Source: Eledone cirrhosa (Eukaryota). Taken from it: a stretch of DNA of 64,000 nt. The DNA is taken from positions 302,374,001 to 302,438,000 of the forward strand of contig OZ024740.1 of the NCBI GenBank assembly GCA_964016885.1, given 5' to 3'. Made by a program: the position numbers and the translations under genes. Every line of letters begins with the position of its first letter. The stretch's first letter is position 1. Under the pieces are notes generated by a model, which was not told where the DNA came from, did not search any database, and worked only from the letters and a program-made list of their open reading frames with translations. This document shows positions 11,470 through 24,520 of the stretch, one piece after another.

Positions 11470-14400
11470 CCTTGAATCTCAGTCATTGATGTTGGTTAAC
11501 TGGAAAGTCCGTTGGATTGAATATCAAGCCACTACCTGCAGCCTCAGATATTCAGGACGTATCGGAGGGTTCTTGCTGTTCCAAGCAAGCATGCCTTTTG
11601 AAGCGTTCCAAAAAGCGTGAAGGGGCCGATTTTCTTTAACCATCCCTGGAAACCTTTGGAGATAGTCCCCAGTGCGCCTATGACAATCGGGATCACTTTG
11701 ACTTCATGGCAGTTCCAAATCCTTTTCACCTCCCACTTTAGGTCCTGGTATCGGTTAATTTTCTCCCTCTCCTTCTCTTGCACTCTCGTGTCGAACGGGC
11801 AGGCCACATCCACAATCAGGCACGATCTTTTTTCTTTGTCCACAACCACCAGGTCAGGTCTATTGTGTTCCAGTTTTTTGTCCGTCTGTATCCTAAAATC
11901 CCACAGCACCTTCACCTGACTGTTCTCCATCACCGCCTCTGGCCTATGCTCATACCATTTCTCAGAATGTGGTAGATTGTTTACTTTGCACAGGTGCCAG
12001 TGGATCACCCTGCCCATCACATCGTGTCTCCAGCCCTTATAGTGGGTCCGGGCTAGGTGTTTACACTCGGACACAATGTGAGCCACAGTCTCCTCTCTCT
12101 CTCCACAGATCCTGCACAGTGGGCTAGCCTCCTCCTTGTAGATATGGTGCTTCAACCACTTCGTTTTGAGGGCCTGCTCCTGCGCAGCCATTAGCATTCC
12201 TTCTGTAGCCTTTTTGAGGTCTCCTCTTCTCAACCAGTTCCATGTCTGTGGATCTCTAAATTCAGTTTTCTCAAAGAAGGTACTATGAAGGGATTTTCCC
12301 TTAAGGCTGCTCTTCCTCCTTGATGTTATTTCCTCCTTGGACATCCCCTGGCCTACTGTCCCCTCCTTCAGTACAGTTCTGAGCATTGGCTCCTTACTAT
12401 AGGTCACGTATTTGTATAGGTTGTTTTTCTCCATCTGAACACAGTCCTCTATGCTGATAAGACCTCTTCCACCCTCAGATCTCCTTAGGTAGAGTCTATC
12501 GACATCACTCCTCTTGTGGAACATGTTGTAGATAGTCAATAGCTTCCTAGTCTTCCTATCCATTTCTTTTTGTTCAGCAACATTCCATCTCAGAATTCCC
12601 GCACTGTACCTAATAATAGACACAGCTCGGGAATTTACTGCGCTTATGGCATTTCTGCTGTTCAGATGTGACTTCAATACGCTCCTTACTCTCCGAATGT
12701 ATTCAGTTCTTAACAATTCCTTCATTTTTTCGTTCTTTATGCCATCAGCCTCCAGAACGCCCAAATACTTGTATCCTTCCTCAGAGTCAATTTCCTTTAT
12801 CATCTCACCTGTTGGTATCTGGATCCCGTTACTTCTGCTCAACCTACCCCTCTTCATCACAATGACTCCACATTTACCAATACCAAACTGTATACATATA
12901 TCACTGCTGAAAATACGGACAGTGTCAACAAGCACATCCAACTCCTTCTCACTTTTCCCGAAGAGCTTAAGATCGTCCATGAAGAGGAGGTGATTGATGG
13001 TAAGCTCTCCCCTTCCCAACTTGTATCCTGCTCTCACTTTTCGCAGAATAATGGTCAAGGGCATCAGGGCAAGGACAAACAACAGAGGGGACAGGCTATC
13101 TCCCTGGAAGATACCTCTCTTGATCTTCACGCTTCCCAAGGATACTCCAGTTGATGTCAACTCTGTCTCCCAGGACCCCATACTCCTGCCCAGCAACTGT
13201 CTGATGTTATCTGCCACCCTGAAGATCTCCAGGCTTTTGGTGATCCAGGAATGAGGCACCATGTCAAATGCCTTTCTGTAGTCTATCCATCCCATGGCAA
13301 GATCAGTGTGTCTCCTCCTGCAATTCCCCATTACCATCTTATCAATAAGCAACTGGTCCTTTGTACCACGTGACTTCTTTCGGCATCCTTTCTGTTCGTC
13401 CGGTAACAAGTTGTTTGTGTGGAGGTGATGGTAGATTTCCTCAGACACAATGCTCGTCAACAGTTTCCACATTACGGGCAGACATGTGATAGGTCTATAG
13501 TTGGTAACATCATTACCCTTGATTTGGTCTTTCATTATCAGAACTGTGGTACCTTTTGTCAACCACTCTGGCACCTCACCCGACACCAAGCAGTCATTGA
13601 ACATGGCCGTCAGCTTCGGGTGGAGGGATGTTAAATGTTTAATCCAATACCCCTGCACACCATCTGGGCCTGGTGATTTCCAGTTGGTTAGTTTTTTGGC
13701 TTGCCCCTTAAGAGTTTCAACTGTGATACTCAAATCAGTCTGTTGTTGTGCCTTCTCACCGATCTCCCTCTGTACTGTCTCAATCCACCCTGCCTGGGCA
13801 TTGTGTCTAACATCCTGCTCCCATATTCCTCTCCAGAATGTTTTAGCTTGTTCCGCCCCAGGGATCAAGTCGTTGCCTCTTTCTTTCCCCTCAAGCTGTC
13901 CAAACAGCATCTTCTGGTTGTTGTCGAACATGCGGTTCTGTTTATACTGACTGATTCTGTTCTCGTATCGCCTGATTTTGGCACTCTTTGCTACAATGCG
14001 TTGCTTCAATTCCTCTATGATAATATTTAGCTTTTTACTCCTAGTTTTGTATTTTATTTCCAGTCTATTTTTAGTGCCTATGTTTTTTAGTGTCCCATTC
14101 AGTAGTGACTCAAGCTTTCCTATGTCATTTCTCATTTCCCCGATTTGCCCACTCAGTCGCTTCTTCCACCACGGCTCTGCTCTTTCTTGTCTGTTGTTTC
14201 CTCTCGCTTTTATACCAAGTAGTTTCCTCACCGTATTTGCTGTTGCTTTGAGGATATTGTTGCACTGGTGAAGACTCCTCGCCTCAAGGTATGGGATGAC
14301 TTTATTTACCTTAGCTGTTGTTTCTTTTAACTTTTTCCTGTCTACAAATCTTAGGTTGATAGGTCTCCCACTATCATTGTTCAATTCATCTACCACTAGA

Positions 14401-15963
14401 TTTAGGATGTCAACCGAATCTTGTCCTAGCCCGTCAGCATTCATCTCCTCAGTGGCCGTATCTCTGTTCCAGGTATTATTTATCTCAGTATTCAGATCAT
14501 TGTCTGCTTCGGGTGGTTCCTCCGTTCTCAGGACCTCCTCACCTTCATTTCCCACCGGCTCGCTTGTCTGGCATACTACACCCGCCATCTCCAAGCCATT
14601 CTCTCTGCTCAGTTCCTCCAGTTCCAGCTCGCTTATCCACCCATTAGTTCTTATTACCCGAGCCTGCCCGGCCAATTTTTGTTCATCTAATTTAAATAAA
14701 CCAATCTCGTTCCAGATGTTATGCATCCGTCTCCTGTAGCCCCTCTCCTTGGGGTTACTTTTCAGGTAGCATTGCATAACAGTTCTATTCAATTCTTTCG
14801 TCCAGTTGGTTCTGGCCCCTTTCCTTCTTCTTCCTCCAACATCAGCAGTATTTGGTTGACAGTCAGGTTCCTGCTGCTGAGCCAGGGGGCACCTGTTGGG
14901 TGAGAGTCTGTCACATGACGTTCTAGTCTCCATTTCACCGTTATTCGAACTGTTTATGTTCGATATTTAAACACTCTTATCGAGGATTGGCGAATGTATG
15001 TTTACATAGCCATCTGTGGATCCGCCATCCCACTTGGCCCTTGTGTGGCATTATCACCACGCTGTATACGAACACACATAAACAAACAAACACACGGGCA
15101 GAAAGGGCCCCAAAAATGAATAAGCATAAGTTTCATTGTAATGTAGTATTCGAATGTCTGACTTAGTTTTTGTTTTTTAAGTTTTACTTTTTCCCCCCTC
15201 TTCTCTGTCCGTCCGCCTGCTTCTCTCTTCATTCTTATTTTCTTTACGTTTTGGGGGTTTCTCTTTTTGTTTTTGTTTTTCTCTGTTTGTTTTTCTCGTT
15301 TTTTTGCTGTTGTTGCTGTGCTGCTTTGGTTTTGTTGTTTGTTTTTTCTTTTTTCTTTTGAGTCTATCTATATATTTTGATGCCTTCCTCTTTGTTAGTA
15401 GTAGGGATTCTATAATGTGGAAGTAGTTGTAGCAGCCAGCAGGGAGAAGTGGGAGAGGGCGGCGTTGGCGATACTGAGACAGTGGTGGTGGTGATGTCGA
15501 TACCGAGGCAGTGGTGGCGGTGATGCGACCGTATTACTGTAGTGATGGTGCTGTAGCGGTGGCAGCAGCAGTGAAGGAGTCAAGGGGTGGTGGCGGCGGT
15601 GATGGGATAGTGGTGGTAATGATGGCCGTAGTGAGCGGTGGCGGTGAAGGTGAAAATGCTGTTGTGTTTAGTGTACACAGATGATGGGGTGGGTGGTGTA
15701 TCTAGTTTCTGGTGTTGGTGAGTTTAGCTGTCCTATATAGTGTAGCCAGAGGAGAGGAGGGGGGGGGTTCTTCTTCTTCTTCCATTTATAGCCATTTTTT
15801 GGGGGGGATATACAGTGTACAATACAAAGTTGAATATTTGAATATTTGAGCCTTATAACAATATATTTTGGGTCCGAATTTTTTGGGGCTCAAGCCGGGT
15901 GCTTTACGTAGCATTTGTACTAAGAGTTGTTATTTCAAATGATTTAAATATGTTAAAAATTCA
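11470..15963 (-). mobile_element. R4/Dong-type RLE non-LTR retrotransposon, longest copy and probably full-length (copy A)
   Basis: Single intact ORF, ~75-nt 3' UTR joined to (AAT)n, ~1-kb 5' leader, and TAA repeats on both sides. Confidence 0.93.
11544..14933 (-). CDS. R4/Dong-type polyprotein: RT, CCHC zinc finger and restriction-like endonuclease (1129 aa)
   Basis: KSPGPDG, NYRPITCL, WIDYRKAFDMV, GIFQGDSLSPLLF, HLLFMDD, YKYLG; CRICGEREETVAHIVSEC; RPDLVVVD...IVDVACP...KEREKINRYQDL. Confidence 0.96.
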   Translation of the reverse strand: METRTSCDRLSPNRCPLAQQQEPDCQPNTADVGGRRRKGARTNWTKELNRTVMQCYLKSNPKERGYRRRMHNIWNEIGLFKLDEQKLAGQARVIRTNGWISELELEELSRENGLEMAGVVCQTSEPVGNEGEEVLRTEEPPEADNDLNTEINNTWNRDTATEEMNADGLGQDSVDILNLVVDELNNDSGRPINLRFVDRKKLKETTAKVNKVIPYLEARSLHQCNNILKATANTVRKLLGIKARGNNRQERAEPWWKKRLSGQIGEMRNDIGKLESLLNGTLKNIGTKNRLEIKYKTRSKKLNIIIEELKQRIVAKSAKIRRYENRISQYKQNRMFDNNQKMLFGQLEGKERGNDLIPGAEQAKTFWRGIWEQDVRHNAQAGWIETVQREIGEKAQQQTDLSITVETLKGQAKKLTNWKSPGPDGVQGYWIKHLTSLHPKLTAMFNDCLVSGEVPEWLTKGTTVLIMKDQIKGNDVTNYRPITCLPVMWKLLTSIVSEEIYHHLHTNNLLPDEQKGCRKKSRGTKDQLLIDKMVMGNCRRRHTDLAMGWIDYRKAFDMVPHSWITKSLEIFRVADNIRQLLGRSMGSWETELTSTGVSLGSVKIKRGIFQGDSLSPLLFVLALMPLTIILRKVRAGYKLGRGELTINHLLFMDDLKLFGKSEKELDVLVDTVRIFSSDICIQFGIGKCGVIVMKRGRLSRSNGIQIPTGEMIKEIDSEEGYKYLGVLEADGIKNEKMKELLRTEYIRRVRSVLKSHLNSRNAISAVNSRAVSIIRYSAGILRWNVAEQKEMDRKTRKLLTIYNMFHKRSDVDRLYLRRSEGGRGLISIEDCVQMEKNNLYKYVTYSKEPMLRTVLKEGTVGQGMSKEEITSRRKSSLKGKSLHSTFFEKTEFRDPQTWNWLRRGDLKKATEGMLMAAQEQALKTKWLKHHIYKEEASPLCRICGEREETVAHIVSECKHLARTHYKGWRHDVMGRVIHWHLCKVNNLPHSEKWYEHRPEAVMENSQVKVLWDFRIQTDKKLEHNRPDLVVVDKEKRSCLIVDVACPFDTRVQEKEREKINRYQDLKWEVKRIWNCHEVKVIPIVIGALGTISKGFQGWLKKIGPFTLFGTLQKACLLGTARTLRYVLNI

Positions 15964-15993
15964 ATTATTATTATTATTATTGTTATTGTTATT

Positions 15994-17063
15994 CCTTGAA
16001 TCTCAGTCATTGATGTTGGTTAACTGGAAAGTCCGTTGGATTGAATATCAAGCCACTACCTGCAGCCTCAGATATTCAGGACGTATCGGAGGGTTCTTGC
16101 TGTTCCAAGCAAGCATGCCTTTTGAAGCGTTCCAAAAAGCGTGAAGGGGCCGATTTTCTTTAACCATCCCTGGAAACCTTTGGAGATAGTCCCCAGTGCG
16201 CCTATGACAATCGGGATCACTTTGACTTCATGGCAGTTCCAGATCCTTTTCACCTCCCACTTTAGGTCCTGGTATCGGTTAATTTTCTCCCTCTCCTTCT
16301 CTTGCACTCTCGTGTCGAACGGGCAGGCCACATCCACAATCAGGCACGATCTTTTTTCTTTGTCCACAACCACCAGGTCAGGTCTATTGTGTTCCAGTTT
16401 TTTGTCCGTCTGTATCCTAAAATCCCACAGCACCTTCACCTGACTGTTCTCCATCACCGCCTCTGGCCTATGCTCATACCATTTCTCAGAATGTGGTAGA
16501 TTGTTTACTTTGCACAGGTGCCAGTGGATCACCCTGCCCATCACATCGTGTCTCCAGCCCTTATAGTGGATCTGGGCTAGGTGTTTACACTCGGACACAA
16601 TGTGAGCCACAGTCTCCTCTCTCTCTCCACAGATCCTGCACAGTGGGCTAGCCTCCTCCTTGTAGATATGGTGCTTCAACCACTTCGTTTTGAGGGCCTG
16701 CTCCTGCGCAGCCATTAGCATTCCTTCTGTAGCCTTTTTGAGGTCTCCTCTTCTCAACCAGTTCCATGTCTGTGGATCTCTAAATTCAGTTTTCTCAAAG
16801 AAGGTACTATGAAGGGATTTTCCCTTAAGGCTGCTCTTCCTCCTTGATGTTATTTCCTCCTTGGACATCCCCTGGCCTACTGTCCCCTCCTTCAGTACAG
16901 TTCTGAGCATTGGCTCCTTACTATAGGTCACGTATTTGTATAGGTTGTTTTTCTCCATCTGAACACAGTCCTCTATGCTGATAAGACATCTTCCACCCTC
17001 AGATCTCCTTAGGTAGAGTCTATCGACATCACTCCTCTTGTGGAACATGTTGTAGATAGTCAA

Positions 17064-17064
<1 letters not shown>
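15994..17064 (-). mobile_element. R4/Dong-type element, 5'-truncated (copy B)
   Basis: Near-identical to the 3' 1.07 kb of copy A, with (TAA)n on both sides. Confidence 0.95.
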
Positions 17065-17124
<60 letters not shown>

Positions 17125-17127
17125 GTT

Positions 17128-17725
17128 CTTTGAGTCTCAGTCATTGATGTTATTTAACTGGAAAGTTTGTTGAAATGAATATCAAGCCACTACCTGCAGC
17201 CTCAGATATTCAGGACGTATCGGAGGGTTCTTGCTGTTCCCAGCAAGCTTGCCTTTTGAAGAGTTCCAAAAAGCGGGGCGGGACCAATTTTCTTTAACCA
17301 TCCTTGGAAACTCTTTGAGATAGTACCTAGTGCGCCTATGAGAATCGGGACCACTTTGACCTCATGGCAGTTCCGAATCCTTTTTACCTCCCACTTTAAG
17401 TCCTGGTATCGATTAATTTTCTCCCTCTCCTTCTCTTGCACTCTCGTGTCGTATGGGCAGGCTACATCCACAATCAGGCACGATCTTTTTCCCTTGTCCA
17501 AAACCACCAGGTCAGGTCTATTGTGTTACAGTTTCTAGTCCGTCTGTATCCTAAAATCCCACAGCACCTTCACCTGATCGTTTTCTATCACCGACTCTGG
17601 CTTATGCTCATACCACTTCTCAGAATGTGGTAAATTGTTTACTTTGCATAGGTGCCAGTGGATTAACCTGCCCATCACATCATGTCTCCAGCCTTTATAG
17701 TGAGTCTGGGCTAGGTGTTTACACT
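17128..17725 (-). mobile_element. R4/Dong-type element, 5'-truncated and more diverged (copy C)
   Basis: RLE domain with many substitutions and an in-frame stop at 17535, with (TAA)n on both sides. Confidence 0.93.
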
Positions 17726-17932
17726 TATTATTATTATTATTATTATTACAGCTGCATTTATCTTGCTTTATGTTCATACGAGTTATCACCAAGTCACAAC
17801 CAGTGACCTCAAGAGACAACAAGGTCGGCCATGTTCAAGAAAGAACATACATACTCACACATGAATCTTTAGGTGTTTAGACTTGTGATGTACTTATATT
17901 GACAGAATCTTCCTTAGTATATGGGCAGTTCC

Positions 17933-17972
<40 letters not shown>

Positions 17973-17984
17973 GTTATTGCTATT

Positions 17985-18787
<803 letters not shown>

Positions 18788-19320
18788 GAAAGATATATAC
18801 TTTATATCATCTCTATTTATTTCATTATATATATTTCGAAGATGTAAACTTTTATGTATGACATAAAGCAAAACATGTCTTCCTCAAATAAAATACGTAG
18901 AACATGTCTAGCGGACTCCACACAAGCAGCAGATTCATAGCGGGGCTTTCCAAATATTTGTTTATTAAACATGCTGTATATCTTTATTTATATATGAACT
19001 TCACATACATGTATTTATACAACTATACCGAAGCTAAATGTTAATTCTACTTGTACGTCGTGCCAACTAATACAGTTTCCTGTACAATAAGTTTCTTTTG
19101 CCCAACTACACAGGCAGAAAATTATATATTTTCGCATTTCAAATTCCAGCAGTAAGCAAAGGGAAGAATTGTCCTGATGCAAGCAAGATCTCGAAATACA
19201 TCGACTATTATCGTCCGCTGTTTCTGCTGGAATCTGCCAGACGGTGATGGCCATCAGCCTTTCTATCCTTAATTGGATTTTCAAAATGTTTATTTATTAA
19301 ACATACCGTATATATTTAGA

Positions 19321-19544
<224 letters not shown>

Positions 19545-20031
19545 GGAAAGAAAGAGAGATTATATATTAATGCAATTATAGTTATAGATATAGTAACAGA
19601 TCACCTGCAACTCTGTCCAGATATTAAATTTGTTTCATGTAGCTTTGCTTATTTCTGGGCATGCCACCAAACATTGATTTACGGGTCATCGAGGTAACGA
19701 CAATAGTCAATAGATTATTTTGGTAAAAGGTCAATATAATGGATCAATCATTGTTCAATACATCTGCTTCTGAAAGTTCAAACGTTGGACTTTATTTGTC
19801 GGATAAATTTCATTATGAAAATATCAGTTTGAACAGAATGTATGCGTCGGTAAAATTATATTTTCTATTCAAGTGGCTTTATCAAAAATTCCATAGCAAA
19901 TATGACTGAACTAAGAACATGTATGTGAAATTATTATTCACAATGTTAAGTAGGAAGGTTATGCTAATCTTTATAATACAGGATTTACTAAACAGCCGTG
20001 ATGTTCTGTGGAGAAATTTTATATATATATA

Positions 20032-21109
20032 CTAGCATTAAAGCCCGGCGTTGCTCGGGGTCAGTAAGTTACCAAAGTTAGGTTGCACCACCCATTTTAT
20101 GGCAGCACCTTTTTGTCTGCCAGGCACTGGGTGAATGAATTGCAGACCAGGACTGCCGAAGCAGGAGCTGCGCCAGCAGTGACAATTGTAGTTTCGCCTA
20201 TGGATATTATCTCTGTGCAAAGAAGTGTTGAAATTTATTGTTTCACAGTACTTGCGCAACACGCGCGTAGACGATGCCAGTCGAACAACAGAGCTGCGAT
20301 GGAGTTGTTCTGCATGGTTGTCTAATGTGTGTTTTCTAAATTGAAGACAGTAGGGAGGGGTGTGATATGGGGGAGAGTTAGCTGCTGTTTCTAGCAGGTT
20401 TAGTGACCTCATAGAGGACATGTGTTTTCTAAATTTAAGACAGTAGGGAGTGGTGTGATAGGGGGAGAGTTAGCTGCTCTTTCTAGCATGTTTAGTGACC
20501 TAATAGAGGATATGTTTTCTAAATTTAAGACAGTCGGGAGTGGTGTGATATGGGGGAGAGTTAGCTGCTGTTTCTAGCAGGGTTAGTGACCTCATAGAGT
20601 ATATTATTGTGTATAGTAAATAAACTGATACTTCTTTCTTCCACGTTCGTTGAGAGGTTTTAAAAAAGATTTATAGCTATTTTTTTTGTTGTTGAATAAT
20701 TGTTGTTTCGTATGAAATGTAATAAGTTCTCTTTGTCATTGAAGTAAATAAACTTTTGACCGTTCCACACACAAAAACAAACATTCCTTCTCTCTCTCCT
20801 TCTCAGTCTCTCCGGCGTTCCTAAAGGAAGTTTGTAAGCATGTATGTATATTTATCGAATTTTAAGGGGAGTAGAGAGAGGTAATCAGATTCTATTAGAG
20901 GAGTAAAGCGTCATGTATTTAGTTTTATCGATTATCTCCATAATTGTTAGTGAGTTTGAATGAAATAAATAGTCAGTGACTCTAGTTAGACCATTCTCAA
21001 CATTCTTACAGACTTTGAGTTGAATCGGTTTTAAATTGTGCAAATCTATAAACATGGAACATGCACACACACACAACAACAACAACAATCTGCCTTTTAT
21101 AGATAATGA
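20032..21109 (-). mobile_element. non-autonomous Helitron-like element
   Basis: The minus strand starts A|TC(ATTATCTATAAAAGGCAG) and ends with a GC hairpin CCCGAGCAACGCCGGG about 11 nt before the CTAG|T terminus. No TSD is visible. Confidence 0.65.
20329..20600. repeat. ~92-bp tandem repeat, 3 copies
   Basis: TGTTTTCTAAATT.AAGACAGT.GGGAG.GGTGTGATA...AGTGACCT.ATAGAG starts at ~20330, 20424 and 20513. Confidence 0.92.
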
Positions 21110-21175
21110 TATAAATGTAGAGACAACAGATGTTAAAGAAATACATTCATAATCGTAGTTTTAATTTTAGATCTG

Positions 21176-21677
21176 TTTAACAGCTCCGGAATTCGAAGGA
21201 AGTAGACACCGTATCTGTGACTCCACATATTGCGACAGGTTCTCCGCCTATAACTTAATCTCTTCGACCACAAGCCCCGGTACTGCGGCCCGCAATGCAG
21301 AAGAAAGTCACACAGACAAATACCGGGGATTTTCCGGCCGCTTCCTCTTCGCACCGGTCGCTGTCAAGATTTCAGGCGTAATTGGACCCCGTACTGTATA
21401 GATTCTCCATAAGATCGGAATGTTAGCAGCCCGTCTGAGTAAGAAGCCTTGCGTGGTGAGGTGGCTATTGCAGCGGGAGTTGCTGGCCATTTTCCACAGA
21501 AATGCATCTGAGGGCATGTCTGCGGGGCGCAGCCCCAACACTACTGCACCCTAAACCTTGAGCCCATCACCCTCCGCCTTCCTCCTCTTCTGTGACCCCA
21601 GAGTCCTTGTCCTTCCCGTCATTTTCCATTTTTGTTATATTTATTAATAAAACATTCTTTGTGGTTTGCTAAAAAAA
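21176..21677 (+). mobile_element. 3' fragment of a CRE-like RLE retrotransposon
   Basis: Translation AEESHTDKYRGFSGRFLFAPVAVKISGVIGP..ILHKIG...WLLQRELLAIFHRNA resembles the CRE-type RLE C-terminus (AE..K..KY, P.A.ET.G..GP, QR.S.A..RGNA). AATAAA and an A tail follow. Possible TSD AGATCTG at 21169 and 21677. Confidence 0.7.
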
Positions 21678-22112
21678 GATCTGGCCCTTAGCATTCATTA
21701 GTTAAGTACCATTTTCATTTGAGTAATAAAGAAATATAGACATTGTTCAGACATTAATAACGTATAATATATTTTACTACATTACATCTGCGTTTATTTG
21801 ATATGCGTTTATGTTTTTGATTTGTTTGTCTTCTCGAAAATATCATATTGGCACTATAACCTGAACACCATATCAAATTTTACGATATTCGGTAGTCTCC
21901 TATCAAATTTGTTTCTTTGTTTACTTCAGCGGCTCTTGCTTTCTCTCTTATGTATTTTAACCGGAACAGTTGCCAAACGTTTTAGACAGAAGGAAATTTC
22001 TGTCAGTTGCCTAACTTACAAACTTACGAAGAAAATAAATAATCACGCTACTTCGGCGAAATATGAAACTCTTTTTCTTTCCATTTGACCGTTGCTACTG
22101 TTACATAGTAAA

Positions 22113-22291
22113 CAATTGTTTTTAATGTTGGCACAAGGCCAGCAATTATCCCAGTGCTTTACTTTATCGACCCCTTCAGGATGAAAGGCAAGTTAACTTC
22201 GGTGAGATTTGAACTCAGAACGTAAAGGGGCATAAGTCTATGCTGAAAAAGCATGGTGTCTAACGCTCTACCGATACTGTCAATCCACTGC
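22113..22291 (-). mobile_element. tRNA-derived SINE, same family as 5289
   Basis: Reverse complement of the box B, central domain and tail. Confidence 0.8.
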
Positions 22292-22439
22292 GCACATAAT
22301 GCAATACAATAAAACATCTTATTCAGGTATCCACTACATTTGCTTTAACATAATGTTTCGAGAATATATTTTAAAAATTATAATAACATTTTCCCCGTGA
22401 ACGCCAATCTATTTTCTAACTCTATTATATTTCATGCCA

Positions 22440-22598
22440 GGCGTCGAATTGACAGATACTTTAGAACGTCGGATAGTATACTTTGCAGCATTCGTTCCAA
22501 CTATTTGCTCTCTGAGTTCAACTCCTGCCTAGGTCAAATTTACCTTTCTTCCATTTAAGGTCGATAAAATAAGTACCAATCAAGTAATGGTGTCGGTG
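22440..22598 (+). mobile_element. degenerate SINE
   Basis: CTGAGTTCAACTCCTGCC...GGTCGATAAAATAAGTACCA. Confidence 0.7.
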
Positions 22599-22760
22599 TT
22601 TCCTTTGTATTTCTTTATCTTTCACTTTCTATCTTTGACTGGAAGAAATCTGCTGAATTCAGAACAGGAGAGGCGATAGGCTCCGCCAGGTCGAAAAATG
22701 TACTAGAAACACCGCATGTCAATATGACGCCCCTATTATTCCTTAAGCATTATGAGTATA

Positions 22761-22946
22761 GGGCGGTGAATTGGCAGTATTGGTAGAGGGTCAGGCATGC
22801 TTTCCAGCGTAGTTACGTCCCTTTACGATCTGAGTTCAAATCCCGTCGAGGTTAACTTTGCCTTTCATCCTTACGGGGTCGATAAAATAAAGTACCAGTA
22901 ATGTACTGGGTATTTGCTAGCCTTGTGCCACAAGTAGAAACAATTA
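22761..22946 (+). mobile_element. tRNA-derived SINE with TSD
   Basis: Full copy with ATTATGAGT at 22749-22757 and 22943-22951. Confidence 0.88.
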
Positions 22947-23464
22947 TGAGTCTAAAATGAAAAACATATAGATAATATAAAAATAAATCAATCAATATAC
23001 AAGGACTTTTGCTAATGCTGAACAGTCAAAGTTTATTTTAAATGTATATCGTAATATAACGTATGTAACTTCTTACACATACTCTATATATTCGTAGAAA
23101 TATGATAAAATGTTTATAATTTTTCACTGATACATATTTGACAGTATTCACAGTTAATGTTACTCTTATATTCAGTATAATCCGAAACAGTATGGTGAAA
23201 CAGATATTTCAAAACTGACCAGTGTCTATTAAGAGTGGGTATTGCAGTAGGATATTCAGTGTTCTAAAGTAGCGAGACTGGTACCTAACCCCTATACTGA
23301 GTGGACGACATGTGTTGCTCAAATTCACAGGGATTTCAACGTAGATTTAAACAGCTCTAATTTTTCCTGTAGAATGAATGAACTGATATGTTGGAAACAA
23401 TGACGTGTTATCGAGAAAATAATATATGAGCGTGCATGTGTATGTGGACTTAACTAATACACAC

Positions 23465-23502
<38 letters not shown>

Positions 23503-23591
23503 GCAAACATACACACACATCACATATACGCACACATACATACACAAACACATACACATATATATATATCTGCATATGTACGTATGTACAT

Positions 23592-23626
<35 letters not shown>

Positions 23627-23809
23627 ACGCGTTATCAAGAAAATATTATACACAAGGCCTCCAAGTTATCAAACCTGTCAAAATAGTTGCACTGATTTAT
23701 ATCATAGCTTTTAGATGTATCCGAATCATTTATCAGATTCAGATTAGTTATTGCGAATGAAGATATATTCCTAGTATAACGAGACATTAGACTGCTGATG
23801 TTTATATGT

Positions 23810-23830
23810 GTATGTGTGTGTGTGTGTGCG

Positions 23831-23871
<41 letters not shown>

Positions 23872-23999
23872 ATGGATGTATATAATTCACAATAATAATA
23901 GTAATTGATTAACAATTTCAGTATTCTTATTTAGATAACGAAGTTTTGTTTATATACATACATATATACACACACATATATAAATGCGCGCGTGCGTGC

Positions 24000-24085
<86 letters not shown>

Positions 24086-24213
24086 ATGGATGTATATAAT
24101 TCACAATAATAATAGTAATTGATTAACAATTTCAGTATTCTTATTTAGATAACGAAGTCTTGTTTATATACATACATATATACACACACATATATAAATG
24201 CGCGCGTGCGTGC

Positions 24214-24254
<41 letters not shown>

Positions 24255-24311
24255 CACATCATCGTTATCTAAATAAGAATACAGAAATTGTTATTATTAT
24301 CATTGTGAATT
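23810..24311. repeat. ~214-bp tandem duplication in (TG)n plus an inverted partial copy
   Basis: 23867-24005 is repeated at 24081-24219, and 24263-24311 is a diverged reverse complement of part of the unit. Confidence 0.85.
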
Positions 24312-24520
24312 GGCAGTATCGATAGCATCGGAGTCCATCCTTCGTGGCATAGTTACGCTCCTTTCCGTTGGGAGTTGAATTTCCGCCGGAGTTAGCGTTG
24401 CCTTTCATCATTAGTTTGCTCGATAAAATAAAGCACCAGTAACGTACTGGTTCGATTTAATCGACTTTCTCCGCCCACTAAATTACTGGCCTTGTGCCTA
24501 TACTAGAAATCATAATTATT
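24305..24520 (+). mobile_element. tRNA-derived SINE, diverged
   Basis: GTGAATTGGCAGTATCG...GCCTTTCATC...CGATAAAATAAAGCACCAG...GGCCTTGTGCCTATACTAGAAATCATAATTATT. Confidence 0.8.

Noticed and set aside
11617-14903. Many antisense ORFs over the LINE ORFs (also over 26.6-41.2 kb)
   Set aside because: These are shadow frames of the real retrotransposon ORFs.
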